This document shows positions 22,345 through 33,935 of a DNA stretch of 64,000 nucleotides, piece after piece. The position numbers and the translations under genes are program-made. Position 1 is the first letter of the stretch. Each line of letters starts with the position of its first letter. The notes beneath the pieces are model-generated. The model was given only the letters and a program-made list of their open reading frames with translations, was not told where the DNA came from and did no database searches. The DNA lies in contig JBHGNT010000006.1 of the NCBI GenBank assembly GCA_043228905.1, positions 22,878,001 through 22,942,000 on the forward strand. The letters run 5' to 3'. The stretch is from Azolla caroliniana (lineage: Eukaryota; Plantae; Polypodiophyta).

Positions 22345-25300
22345 TGTTGAGCGAGCAAGCTCAACCAGATCAGGATCGGCTGAAGAAGCCTAGGGTGGAT
22401 CGGCATCTAGAAGGATGAGCCGGATCGGTATCCGGAAACAACCGTCTGGATTGGAGAGCCGGATTCGAGTGGGAACCGGAAGCCTAGTAGTAGCCTAGAC
22501 TACTAGGTAATGATTGTCTTGTAGTTAGTGTTAGTTGCACATAGGAATATTGAAGTACCTGCTAGTACTTCTGTCAGTCCTTTATGGAATTGTATAAATA
22601 GTGATGTTTAGCACATTGTATGTACAGAGTTTTAGAGTTATTTTTTAATTTAAGTGTATGTTCTGCTCTCTCTGTCTCTCCCACACGTATTCTCTGTGTG
22701 TTAAGCTTCACCGTTAAACCTTTATGGAATTGTATAAATAGTGATGTTTAGCACATTGTATGTACAGAGTTTTAGAGTTATTTTTTAATTTAAGTGTATG
22801 TTCTGCTCTCTCTGTCTCTCCCACACGTATTCTCTGTGTGTTAAGCTTCACCGTTAAACCTTCATCTTGTTCTCTGTTGCTATCCAGCTGAGCCGGTTCT
22901 GTCTAACGCTTCCACACGTTTACATTAAGATGGTATCAGAGCGTGAGGGTTGAGAACCTCTACAACCGACACTTGCTTTCGTAGACGAACCCTAGAACCC
23001 GATAACAATAAACAAAGAGAAGATATGGATAGATGAATGGTGAGTTCACTTCCAATAGAGAAGCTCCACCGGAGCAACTACGTGTCCTGGTCATACAAGA
23101 TGCACCAGTACTTGTTGGGGCATGGATATTGGAGCTTCGTGGAACGAACGAACGAGGTAGCGCCGGAGACGGCACACAATGTCTTCCCGGTATGGGAGCA
23201 AGGAGCGAGTCGAGTATTGTACTGTCTTGCGTCCTGTGTGCATGATCCAATGCTCAGCTACATCAACGATGCAAAGACGCCGAAGGAGGCCTGGGGAAAT
23301 ATGATGAAGATTTTCGTCGTGAGTACCACAACCCGTAAGTTGCAGCTCCGGCAAGAGCTAAACAACATCCGGCAAAGAGACATGTCGGTTACGGATTACA
23401 CCACCAAGATAAAGGAGATTTGCGACGCACTCGGGTCCATCAACGTGATAGTGGATGAAGACGAGATGGTACAAATCTGCCTCGGTGGTCTAGCACAAAG
23501 GTACGGGCCAATCCGGATAGTGATCTGCACCAGGGAGAAACCGTTATCTTTCTTCGACTTGCAATCAATGCTGATGGTGGAAGAAAACCATGCGAGTGGG
23601 TCAAGGACCACTCAATCGGATGGCTGGATGCTGTACACGGAGACAGATCAACCCCATGGACGTGGTGGACGAGGTGGGTAGGCCCACAATAGAGATGGCC
23701 AACAAGAGCAGAACTGGAGGCACAGAGGTGGTGCCGACAATAGTTCCGAACCCTCCACAAGCAAGGGGAGCCAAAGCGACGCCGGGAACTGGCAAGGAAA
23801 GGCCGACACGGAATGCTGGTACTGTGGCAAAAAGGGCCACATGGAAAGCGAGTGCTGGAATAAATGTGCCGATTCAGACAAATCCAGATCCGGCAAAACT
23901 AGTCGGGAGAACTGGCAAAGCTCACACTATGCGGAAGGATCGGAAGGATCCGAAACCGAGAAAACCGGTAAAGGGCCAGCCTTTGTGATGAAGCACAAGG
24001 GTAACTCGATAAAGAAGACTACTTCCAGATCGGAAGAAGTATGGTACGTTGATTCTGGAGTGTCCAACCACATGACGAGTCATGAAGAGTGGTTCTCGTT
24101 TTTGGAGAAACCAGAACAACCGGTGATTGACGAAACTAGATTGTGCATGTTAGATAAATCCCTTTAAGCCATGTCGAACAAAAAGGGAAGTTGATGAACG
24201 TACTACACATTCCGATTATCACAAAGAACCTGGTGTTAGTTGGACAAATCATCGACCATGGGATGCAGGTGTGATTTACGCACCTGGGGTGCTTCATCGA
24301 GGAAGAAGGCCGGATAATTGTGCAAGGGCGTAGAGAAGGGAGGATGTTCATCCTCAACACCAATGACGTTGGCACCGCCATGTTTTCCAAAGGGCAGAAG
24401 GTCGAGTCGGACATCGACCTGTGGCACAAGTGGATTGGCCACGTCAACTACCGGAGGCTTCAGGACTTGCAATCGAAACAAGTTGTCTTCAGTTTGCGGA
24501 AATTTAGCGGCCGGAAGGCCGAAATTTGGGAATCCTGCCAACTCGGGAAGCAACACCGGCTTCCATTCCCCACCGAATGAAACCGAAGCAGTAACAAGCT
24601 TGATCTAATCCATTCAGATGTATGGGGACCGGCACAAAACGTTAGTCTTGGCGGGAGTCAATACTTCGTCTCCTTCATCAACAACTACAGTTGGCACACA
24701 TGGATCTACCTCATTGAGAGGAAGTGTAAAGCCTTCAAATGTTTCTGAAACCTTCAAAGCTTAGTTGAATGGGAAACGGAGAGGAAGATCAAGGGCCTAT
24801 GGTCGGATGGCGAAAAAGAATACTTTTTTGGCCAATTCGACAGTTATCTACAGCAGAACGAATTCGGAGAGAATTCAGCTGTAGATACACACTGGAGCAA
24901 AACGGTGTGGCCAAAAGGAAGAACCGGTCGATTGTCGACGTGGCAAGGGCAATGCTGGAGGAGAATAGCATGCCCAAATTCTACTGGGCTGAGGTGGTCC
25001 GGATGGCCATCTACATCCAAAACCAGATCGGAGACAAGGTGTCCTCACATGAGTTGTATTTCGGGCGGAAGCCGAATTTGAGACACCTTCAAATATTCGG
25101 TAGCATAGCATATGTGCATGTACCGGATGAGAAGCGGAAGAAGCTAGATCCGAAGTTGGAGAAGTGCATCCTAGTCGGCTACTCGCATGAGCAGAATGGG
25201 TATAAGTGCTATAACCCCCGGACTAAGCAGGTCCGAGTAAGCCAAGATGTCGAGTTTGATGAGACGGCATCATGGTACTCCTTACCGACTCCAACTCCCG

Positions 25301-25392
25301 ACGAAGGCCTGATTCCAGAAGATGAGGCTAGTGAGCCCGAGGAGGTCCAGGTAGAAGATGAAGACTTCGGCACTCTAGAAGAGAGTCCAATC
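22345..25392 (+). mobile_element. Copia-B 5' half (5' LTR 22345-22930, PBS-Met, gag, protease, integrase), same family as Copia-1/2
   Basis: TSD TACTT at 22340-22344; PBS at 22931-22942; MVSSLPIEKLHRSNYVSW, CWYCGKKGHMESEC, WYVDSGVSNHM, EQNGVAKRKN. Confidence 0.9.
22579..22858 (+). repeat. Perfect 140-bp tandem duplication in the Copia-B 5' LTR, including the TATA box
   Basis: 22579-22718 is repeated at 22719-22858; single copy in the 3' LTR. Confidence 0.92.
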
Positions 25393-28300
25393 CACATACA
25401 ACAGGAGGATGAGGAAATCTCCTCCATCGAATTTCTTCACAAATATGCAGTGATCGGCCTGCGTTTTGTGGTACCCATTGTCGGTCATGAAGGATTCGAG
25501 TTTTTGGTGCCATTGCCGAGGTGCTTGCTTCAACCCACACAAGCTCTTCCTTAATCGGCATACCATGTTCTCTTTACCTTTCTCCACAAATCCTTCTGTC
25601 TGGTGCATATAGATCTCCTCTTCGAGATCACCATGCAGAAACGCCGTCTTGACATCCAATTGCTCGTCTTCGAGATCCATGCTGGCCGCGATGTTCATCA
25701 CGGTTTGAATTGACATCATCTTTACGACTAGTGCATATATTTCGTCGAAATCGACACCCTTCTTCTGCCGAAAGCCTTTTAGGACGATTAGTGCTTTGTA
25801 TCTGGGTAGATTCCCGCCATCTCCCGGTTTCAACTTGTATACCCATTTATTCTGGAGTGCTCTCTTTGCTCTTGGTAGTTCGGTTAGTTCATATGTATGG
25901 TTCTCATGCAAGGAATCCATCTCCTCTTGCATGGCACTCAACCACTTTCGGCTGTGGGTATCTTCCTTAGCTTCTTCAAAGCTTTCCGGCTCCCCCTCAT
26001 CAGTTAACAATACACGCTCTTCATCTGGAAATCTTTGGGGGGGGCTCTTTTCTCTTAGTGGGTATCTTCGACCTCCATTCGGCACAGTCAGTTCTTCTTC
26101 GACTTCTTCGCCTTATTCGAATTCGGTTCCTTGTTCAGCTGATTCCCCTCGTTCTTTAGTTAGTTCTCAATTTTGTGGAGTATTAACTCGGCCAATTGGC
26201 TGAGATTCGATTTTGATCGAATTGGCCTCTACTCGATTCGGCCGAGCGTCGACTCAGTTTGATTCGGTAGTTGGAGACTTATTCTCAATCTCCCAGTCAA
26301 CTATGGTGTTTTCCTCCATGAAAACAATGTTGTGGCTCCTAATCATTTTCTTCTCGGCTAAGTCCCATAGCTGATAGCCAAATTCATCATTGCCGTAGAT
26401 GAGAAATATGCATGGCCGAGATTTCAGGTCCAACTTCCCCCTTGGTCCTTTGCAACATGCACATAAGCAAGACAACAAAACACCCTCAAATGTTGGTACG
26501 ATACTTCTTTGCCACTCCACACCATTTGTGGAATATCACCGTCCAAGGGTACTGAGGGTGATCGATTTATCACATATGTTGTCGTCATGAACACCTCAGC
26601 CCAGAACGTCTTCGGTAACTTAGCATGTGCAAGCATACTTCGGACCCTTTCCACGACGGTTCGATTTATTCTCTCAGCTAGCCCATTTAGCTCTAGCGTC
26701 TTCGGCACGGTATACTCGAGACAGATTCCTTGATTTTGGCAATATTCCTTGAATGGTCCACGATACTCTCCACCATTGTCTGCTCTGATTGCCTTCAGTT
26801 GTTGACCGTTTTCTCTCTCGACCCTCACTTGGAAATCTTTGAAGACGGATAACACTTGATCCTTCGTCTTTGGCAGGGAAACCCACAACTTCCGGCTACA
26901 ATCATCAATGAAGGTCACGAAATACTGTGAACCACCATGCCACTTTGTGTCCACATAGCATACGTTCTTATGCACGAGTTCGAACAACATTTTCTTCCTC
27001 ATCGGGGGCCTTGCTTGGAAGGATGTTCGATTCTGCTTTCTGGCCAAGCAATCCATGCACTTCTTACATTGCACGTTCTTCACCTCAAGAATGAGGTTGT
27101 CCTCAACAAGCTTTCGCATCCCCTTCTAGCTCATATGGCACAACCTCTTGTGCCACAGTTCACCGACCGTGTCGGCTTCCACGTTTGCTTCCCCTTGGCA
27201 TATTCGAGCATTCATTATGTACAATGTGTTCGTTATCCAAGCTCGAGCCACAATCAAGCTTCCTCGGCAGAACTTCATGACACTGTTCTAGATGCTACCT
27301 ATGTAGCCTTCATCATCTAGCCGACCGGCTGATATTAGGTTCAATCGAACCTCCGGAACGTATCGTACATCTTGTTAGGAAACAGGTCCCTTCGGATGGT
27401 GAAGACACGGTGGGAACCGGATGAAGAGTACTCGGCCACGGAAGACCCGGTGGGAACCGGATGAGGAGTACCCGACCACGAAAGACCTGGTGGGAACCGG
27501 ATGAGGAGTACTCGGCAAGAGCCGGATGGTGAAGGCCCGGTCAGAAGTGCTCACCGGATGAAGGGACATATTCGTAAATATGTTTCTGAGAGTCCATCGA
27601 GGCTATATTTGTAAATAGCCGAAAAGTCATATTAGTATAAATATGACTTAGGGCAAATAGAGATAAATGATTGTTGTTGCTATTCTTGTTGGTGCAAGAT
27701 TAGTGCGTGTAACTGTGTACAGAGAGAGAGAGAGAGAGGAAGAGGTCGTTGCCTCTGTTGTAACCGCCGCCTGTGGCGAACATAGAAAGCTCGAAGTTGT
27801 CGCCTCGGTGCTTCACTGTTGTACATTGTAACATAGTGATAGTTTGCAGCCTGTGGGCTGCCGTGGTTTTTCCCTAGTTTGGGTTTTCCACGTAAACATC
27901 CTGTGTACTCTTCTCTTCACTGTGTCGTGCGTTCATTATCCGTTTTTCTATGTTTGATCCTAGCCTCGGTTGTGGCCGAGCGTTGTGCTTAGGGAGCGTG
28001 TGTTCCTGTCAAAGTGGTATCAGAGTGAAATCGACACAGAAAATGGACGATTCGTTCGGAGGCATGTTCAAGCTCACCAGCTCCAACTATTCCGTGTGGA
28101 AGTTGAAGATGAGGGACATGCTCGTGGTTAAAGATCTTTGGTTGCCGGTTCAGTTCGGGGAAAAGAGACCGGACAAAATCGACGCCACGATATGGGAGGT
28201 GATGCACATGAAGACAACAACTTACATCCGGTGCTTCATCGACATGAGTCTATACAACAACTTCAATGAAGAGAGCAAGGTTTCAAAACAAAAATGAGCT

Positions 28301-29125
28301 CTGGGAGAAGATCGGCATTATGTTTCAAAACAAAAATGCTGTTAATCAGGTTTCGGTATTTCGGAAGCTAGTAAGACTCTGGTACCAAGATGGCTCCAGC
28401 ATGGTGGAGCACATGAATGCCTTGCAGGGGCTGATCCACCAGGAAACATCATTGGAAGTACCTCTCGCTAATGAGATACTAGCGCTAGTCCTGCTCGGTT
28501 CCCTCCCAGATAGCTGGGAGACGTTGGTTGTCACTTTGGGCAATGCCGGGCCGGAAGGGAAACAGAGCTTGCTAGATGAGGAGGCGCGTCGGAAAGATAA
28601 GGATACGAGCTCCGACTCCAAAGCACTCCTTACCGAATCGGAGCCCCCAGAACCAGGAGAAGTCAGGGACACGGTCAAAGTCAAGAGGGAGGCCTACTTG
28701 CTTCTATTGTGGCAAGCCGGGACACTTCTAGAAGAACTGTCGGCACTTCCGAAAAGACAAGGAAACAGGTCCCTCCGGATGGTGAAGACCTGGTGAGAAC
28801 TGGATGAAGAGTACCAGGCTACGGAGTACCCGGTGGGAACCGGATGAGGATTACCCGGTGAGAACCGGATGAGGAGTACCCGGCTACGGAAGACCCGATG
28901 GGAACCGAATGAGGAGTACCCGGCAAGAGCCGGATGGTGAAGGCCCGGTCAGAAGTGCTCACCGGATGAAGGGACATATTCGTAAATATGTTTCTGAGAG
29001 TCCATCAAGGATATATTTGTAAATAGCTGAAAAGTCATATTAGTATAAATATGACTTAGGGAAAACAGAGAAAGATGATTGTTGTTGCTATTCTTGTTGG
29101 TGCAAGATTAGTGCGCGTAACTGCG

Positions 29126-29161
<36 letters not shown>

Positions 29162-30459
29162 GAGGTTGTTGCCTCTGTTGTAACCGCCGCCTGTGGCAAA
29201 GATAGAAAGCTCGAGGTTGTCGCCTCGGTGCTTCACTGTTGTACATTGTAACATAGTGATAGTTTGCAGCCTGTGGGCTGCCGTGGTTTTTCCCTAGTTT
29301 GGGTTTTCCACGTAAACATCCTGTGTACTCTTCTCTTCACTGTGTCGTGCGTTCATTATCCGTTTTTCTGTGTTTGATCCTAGCCTCGGTTGTGGCCGAG
29401 CGTTGTGCTTAGGGAGCGTGTGTTCCCATCACATCTCTCAACATGAGTGTGCACCCGGTTGAAGTTTCCAAACAGACATCTCCAATACCGAAAATTCGGC
29501 ATGCTCCTTCATTGCCCATGTTTACAGATTCGAGATCTCCGACTCTATAGGATGAGAAGCACCCATGTCAATTCTTCGCCGACGAGATTCACTTCATTTT
29601 GCTCACTTATGAGCAACAACTCCTCCTAACTCGTGACGAATTCTAAGGTGTTCTTCCTGTCTGGGATTTTCTTCGGCTTTACAACATCAACTCCCTCTTT
29701 CTCCTTTCGAAAGTGTCGGCAAGTTTTTTGGAAGTGCCCCGACTTTCCACAATAGAAGCATGTGGGTCTCACCCTCGGCTTCGATCGAGTCCCCGACTTA
29801 TCTCAGTTCTGGGGACTTTGATTTCGGTCTCTTCCCTGAATCGTGTCACCTTCTATGACTAAGGCCTTCTGGTTGGTATTGAACTCACGGTTCTTCCGGC
29901 GAGTTTCTTCATTCAACAAGCTCGACTTCACCTGCTCTAGGGATAGATGCTTCCCTTCCAGCCTAGCGTTGCCAAAAGTGACAACGAGCGTCTCCCAACT
30001 GTCCAGAAGGGATCCCAACATTAGTAATGCTAATACTTCGTCAGCTAGAGGTGCTTCTAGAGAGGTGGTTTGGTTCATCAATTCTTGGAAGGCATTGATG
30101 TGCTCCTCCATACTGGAGCCATCCTGATACTGGAGCCTTATGATTTTTCGAAATACTGAGACTCAGTTCATGGCATTCTTGTTTTTGAACATGACGCCAA
30201 TCTTCTTCCATAGGACGTCTGCTTCTGTTTTTTTGCCGAAGTTGTTGTATAGAGTCATGTCTATAAAACACCTTATGTATGTGGCCTCCTTCAGATGCAA
30301 CACTTCCTAAGTCGTTGCATCGATCTTGTTTGGTTTTTTATATCCGAACTGCATCGGCAGCTAGAGGTCTTTGCACACGACCATGTCTCTCATCTTCGAC
30401 TTCCACACTGAGTAGTTGGAGCTGGTTAGCTTAAACATGCCGCCGAACGAGTCTTCCAT
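25393..30459 (-). pseudogene. Copia-A gag-pol pseudogene (inverted segment), interrupted by Copia-C
   Basis: MEDSFGGMFKL start at 30459; ADNGGEY (INT); KSLCGLKQAPRQW and LLLYVD (RT), where it is truncated. Confidence 0.9.
27373..29431 (+). mobile_element. Copia-C: gag-only deletion derivative with two LTRs
   Basis: TSD CATCT (27368-27372 and 29432-29436); 5' LTR 27373-28011, PBS-Met at 28015; gag 28043-28760 joined directly to the 3' LTR (about 28760-29431), which lacks its first bases and the PPT. Confidence 0.92.
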
Positions 30460-30663
30460 CGCTCTGATACCACTTTGTTAGGAATTGACTGGCCACAACT
30501 GGTTGCACATTCGTATTCGTCTATAGAAACCAAGAACTAGTACACAGACGAAAAACATGAAGACACAAAGATACCAATATTTTACATGGAAACCCCGAAA
30601 TGGGAAAATTCACGGGGGCCCACAAACCCCGAGAAAACAATTCACTATAGTAGAGAGGAAGTA

Positions 30664-33207
30664 TGTTAATGTAAACGTGCAAAATTGTTAGACAGAATCG
30701 GCTCAGCCGGATAGCAACAGAGAACAAGATGAAGGTTTAACGGTGAAGATTAACACACAGAGAATACGCGTGGGAGAGACAGAGAGAGTAGAACATACAC
30801 TTAAATTCAAAAATAACTCTGAAACTCTATACATACAACGTGCTAAACAACACTATTTATACAAGTCCATAAAGGACTGATAGAAGTACTGACAGGTACT
30901 TCAATACTCCTACGTGTGACTGACACTAACTACAAGACAATGATTACCTAGTAGTCTAGGCTACTACTAGGCTTCTGGTTCCCGCTCGAATCCGGCTCTC
31001 CGATCCGTCTCCCCGATTCGGCCGATTGTTTCTGGATACCGATCCGGCTCATCCTTCCGGATGCCGATCCGGCTCAAGCTTCTTCATCCGATCCGGATCC
31101 GGTTGAGCTTGCTTCCTCAACACTCCCCCTCAAGCTCAACTTGAGGTCGGATCGTGGTGTTAGTGTCCATGGCAGCTGGTTCATCTACGTAGGTCCTTCT
31201 GGCATTGATCCGCCTTGCTTGCGCTCCTCGTCAAGTCCGGTCCTGTTTGTCGCGACCCTTCTGGTTCTGCGCACCTCGACCTCCTCGGTCGGCTTGTCTA
31301 CTCAACAAGCCCATTTCAGCTCCCTCACTGCTGCGACTCCGGCGCTTGTGGACCCATCGGTTCCTTCGTGTTGGCTTCGACTTCTACTGCATTCGTGTCC
31401 ATTTGGCCTTTAGTTGATCCGGTTTCTCCGAATCTTGAACCGAATCAGTTTCCTTAGATTCGTTCGAACTCTTGTCCAAATCGGTCGCTCCCAATTCGTT
31501 CCGGCTCCCGAGTCGGTGTTCTCCAACTCGTCTTCCGGTTTCAGGCCCTTCACCATATCAGACCATGTCCGGGTCTTGGCCTTCTCCTTGCGGTCGGCTT
31601 TGTCCTTCTTAACTCTACCGTCGTTGCCGCTCGTTCCGACTTGTTTAGACGTGCCGACTTCTTTCGTCAACTCGACTTCCTTTTTCCTCTTGTCTCCCCC
31701 TTTGTTGGTTCTTCCCTTCATGGTGCCTTGTCCGGTGCCATCCATTCCCTTTCCTTTTCTCCCCCTCTAGTGCAGCACGTCGAGATGCTGAATATTAAGA
31801 ATTTCAGTGAAGTGCTAGAACTTGTCCAATCTGAGTGGTTTGGTGAAGATATCAGCAACTTGTCGATCCTTCTAAACATACCGAAGTTCAACTTCACCGC
31901 TCAAAACCCGCTCACGGAGAAAGTGATAGTGGATTTCTATGTGCTTCGTCCGAGCATGGAACACGGGGTTTTCGGCGAGCTAAATGTTGCTCATGTTGTC
32001 ACAGTAGATCAGGATTGGGGTCGGTATCTCAATTTGTAGGTCTTCCAGCAGTCGCCGAAGCAAGATGGCTTCACAAGTGCAACGGTAGCACCCCGATACT
32101 CAACCTCAGTGCTCGACAAAGCCATTGTTGGCTGCTTTTTGCTGCTCCACGCAACAGCTGCGCAACCAAGGGAAAACATGTAACCGGAGGTGGATCAGCG
32201 ATCCGATGCATCACCGGCCAAGTCCGCATCTATATATCCGACTAGCCTTTTGGTTATACCATGCTGGTATAACAGTCCCCGGTCCTTCGTGCCGCTCACA
32301 CACCGGAGTATCCGGTGTGCACACTGAAGGTGCTCCACGGTCGGCTTCTGCATGAACTGGTTGATCGCTTGAACTGGATAACTGATGTCGAGTCGAGTCA
32401 TTGTCAAGTATATCAGGCTTCCAACAATTTGTCAGAACCGTTTCTCATTGCAAGCCGGTCCGGAGTTGGGACGAAGCTTTTGGTTCCAGTCCAAGGGTGT
32501 GGAGAACTTGTACAACATATTCAACACATAGCGTCGTTGTGAGAGCAATATGCCGTCGGGGGTTCGGATCACCTCGATCCCAAGAATATAATGAAGGTTT
32601 CCTTGGTCCTTCATTTCAAATGCGTCCGACAATTGGGACTTTGCTCGGCTGATTTCATTGAGTCCGGGTCCGGTGATGACTAAATCATCAACACAAAGTA
32701 GGATGCAAACCGGACCGTTTGGACCTTGCCGGATGAACAATGATGAGTCGGATTTAGAGGTCACAAACCCCATCTTACGCAACCGGTGCGTGATCTTCAC
32801 ATTCCAAGCTCGGGGGGCTTGTTTAAGACCATAAAGCGACTTCTTAAGCTGGCACACCGCCGACTTGTTCATCTCCGATTGAAATCCGGGAGGTTGGATC
32901 ATATAGACCCGTTTTGCAAGGTCACCTTGAAGAAATGCATTCTTCATGTCCATCTGGTGAAGATGTCACCCCCCTTGTCACAACAATTGCCAGTACCACA
33001 CGAACCGTCGTCATCTTCGCTACCGGAGTGAAGGTCTCATTGTAATCGATTCCGTGGCTCTGTGCGTATTCATTCGTCACTAACCGGGCCTTGTACTAGT
33101 TAACCGAATCGTTGGCATTCTACTTTACCTTGTACACCCATTTGCAACCGATCGGTTTACAGTGTCGGGGAGGGTCAACGAGGTCCCATGTGTCATTGGC
33201 ATTGAGT
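30664..33207 (-). mobile_element. Copia-B 3' half (RT, RNase H, 3' extension, PPT, 3' LTR), inverted
   Basis: 3' LTR 30664-31122 next to AAGTA (reverse complement of TSD TACTT, 30659-30663); PPT 31123-31130; KKSLYGLKQAPRAW and LCVDDL. Confidence 0.9.
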
Positions 33208-33662
33208 ATCTTGAAACCAAGATCAAAATCGAAATCGAAAACCGAAATCGTTTTCGTAATCGAAGACCAAAATCGTTTTCGAAATCAAAATTGAAATCGT
33301 TTCAGAAGACTATAATTGTAGGGCAAACTTTAGTAAGGGTAGTTGATCATTAGTGTAAAGTTAGAACGAGGGAGTTGCCTCTGCAACCATGAGTGAGAGA
33401 GTGAGAGTGTAGCTTTGTAGCCGTCTGTCAAACGAAGGAGAACTTGAGGTCATTGCCTCCGAGTTCCGTATTTGTACTTCCTCTCTACTATAGTGATCTG
33501 TTTTGTCAGGGTTTGTGGACCCCCATGGTTTTTCCCATTTCAGTTTTTCCATGTAAAATATCGGTGTCTCTGTGTCTTCATGTTTTTCATCTGTGTACTA
33601 GCTCTTGGTTTTTGCGTACGAATAAGAACATGCAACCGGTTGTGGCCAGTCGATTCCTAACA

Positions 33663-33935
33663 CGTTGAACATGTTGCCCTAGCCATCCCTCACCACTTCT
33701 TTCAATAATGTTTTCCCTTGCATGCACACGACAATGTAGTAGTTTTCTAAATCTTCATTCTTAGGAGATTTGAGCACTGCAAAATGATCTCCAACTTCCA
33801 ATAAAACTGCCAAGTCTTCACGTTGCTTTTAGTATACAATATTGTTTGAATGTGCAGCCTCTTCAATATCATCTTGTCTTCAGACTCAAGCTTCTGCAGC
33901 TTCCAAGGCTCCACGATTGATAGGTTGATGCATTC
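33663..33935 (-). pseudogene. Sola2-like transposase, internal segment
   Basis: Continues WDEC-INLSIVEPWKLQKLE across the CATTC TSD of Copia-D; LEVGDHFAV...YYIVVC. Confidence 0.7.

Larger units (their letters stand above)
21949..33662 (+). mobile_element. Ty1/copia element Copia-A (Tnt1/Tork-like) containing nested Copia-B and Copia-C and an internal inversion
   Basis: 5' LTR split into 21949-22344 (+) and 30476-30663 (-); PBS-Met at 30461-30472 (-); 3' LTR 33203-33662; flank duplication (A)CGTT at 21944-21948 and 33662-33666. Confidence 0.88.

Noticed and set aside
27373-29431. Mobile TR-GAG/TRIM-type element
   Set aside because: It lacks a PPT and the first bases of the 3' LTR, so it could not have been reverse-transcribed in this form.
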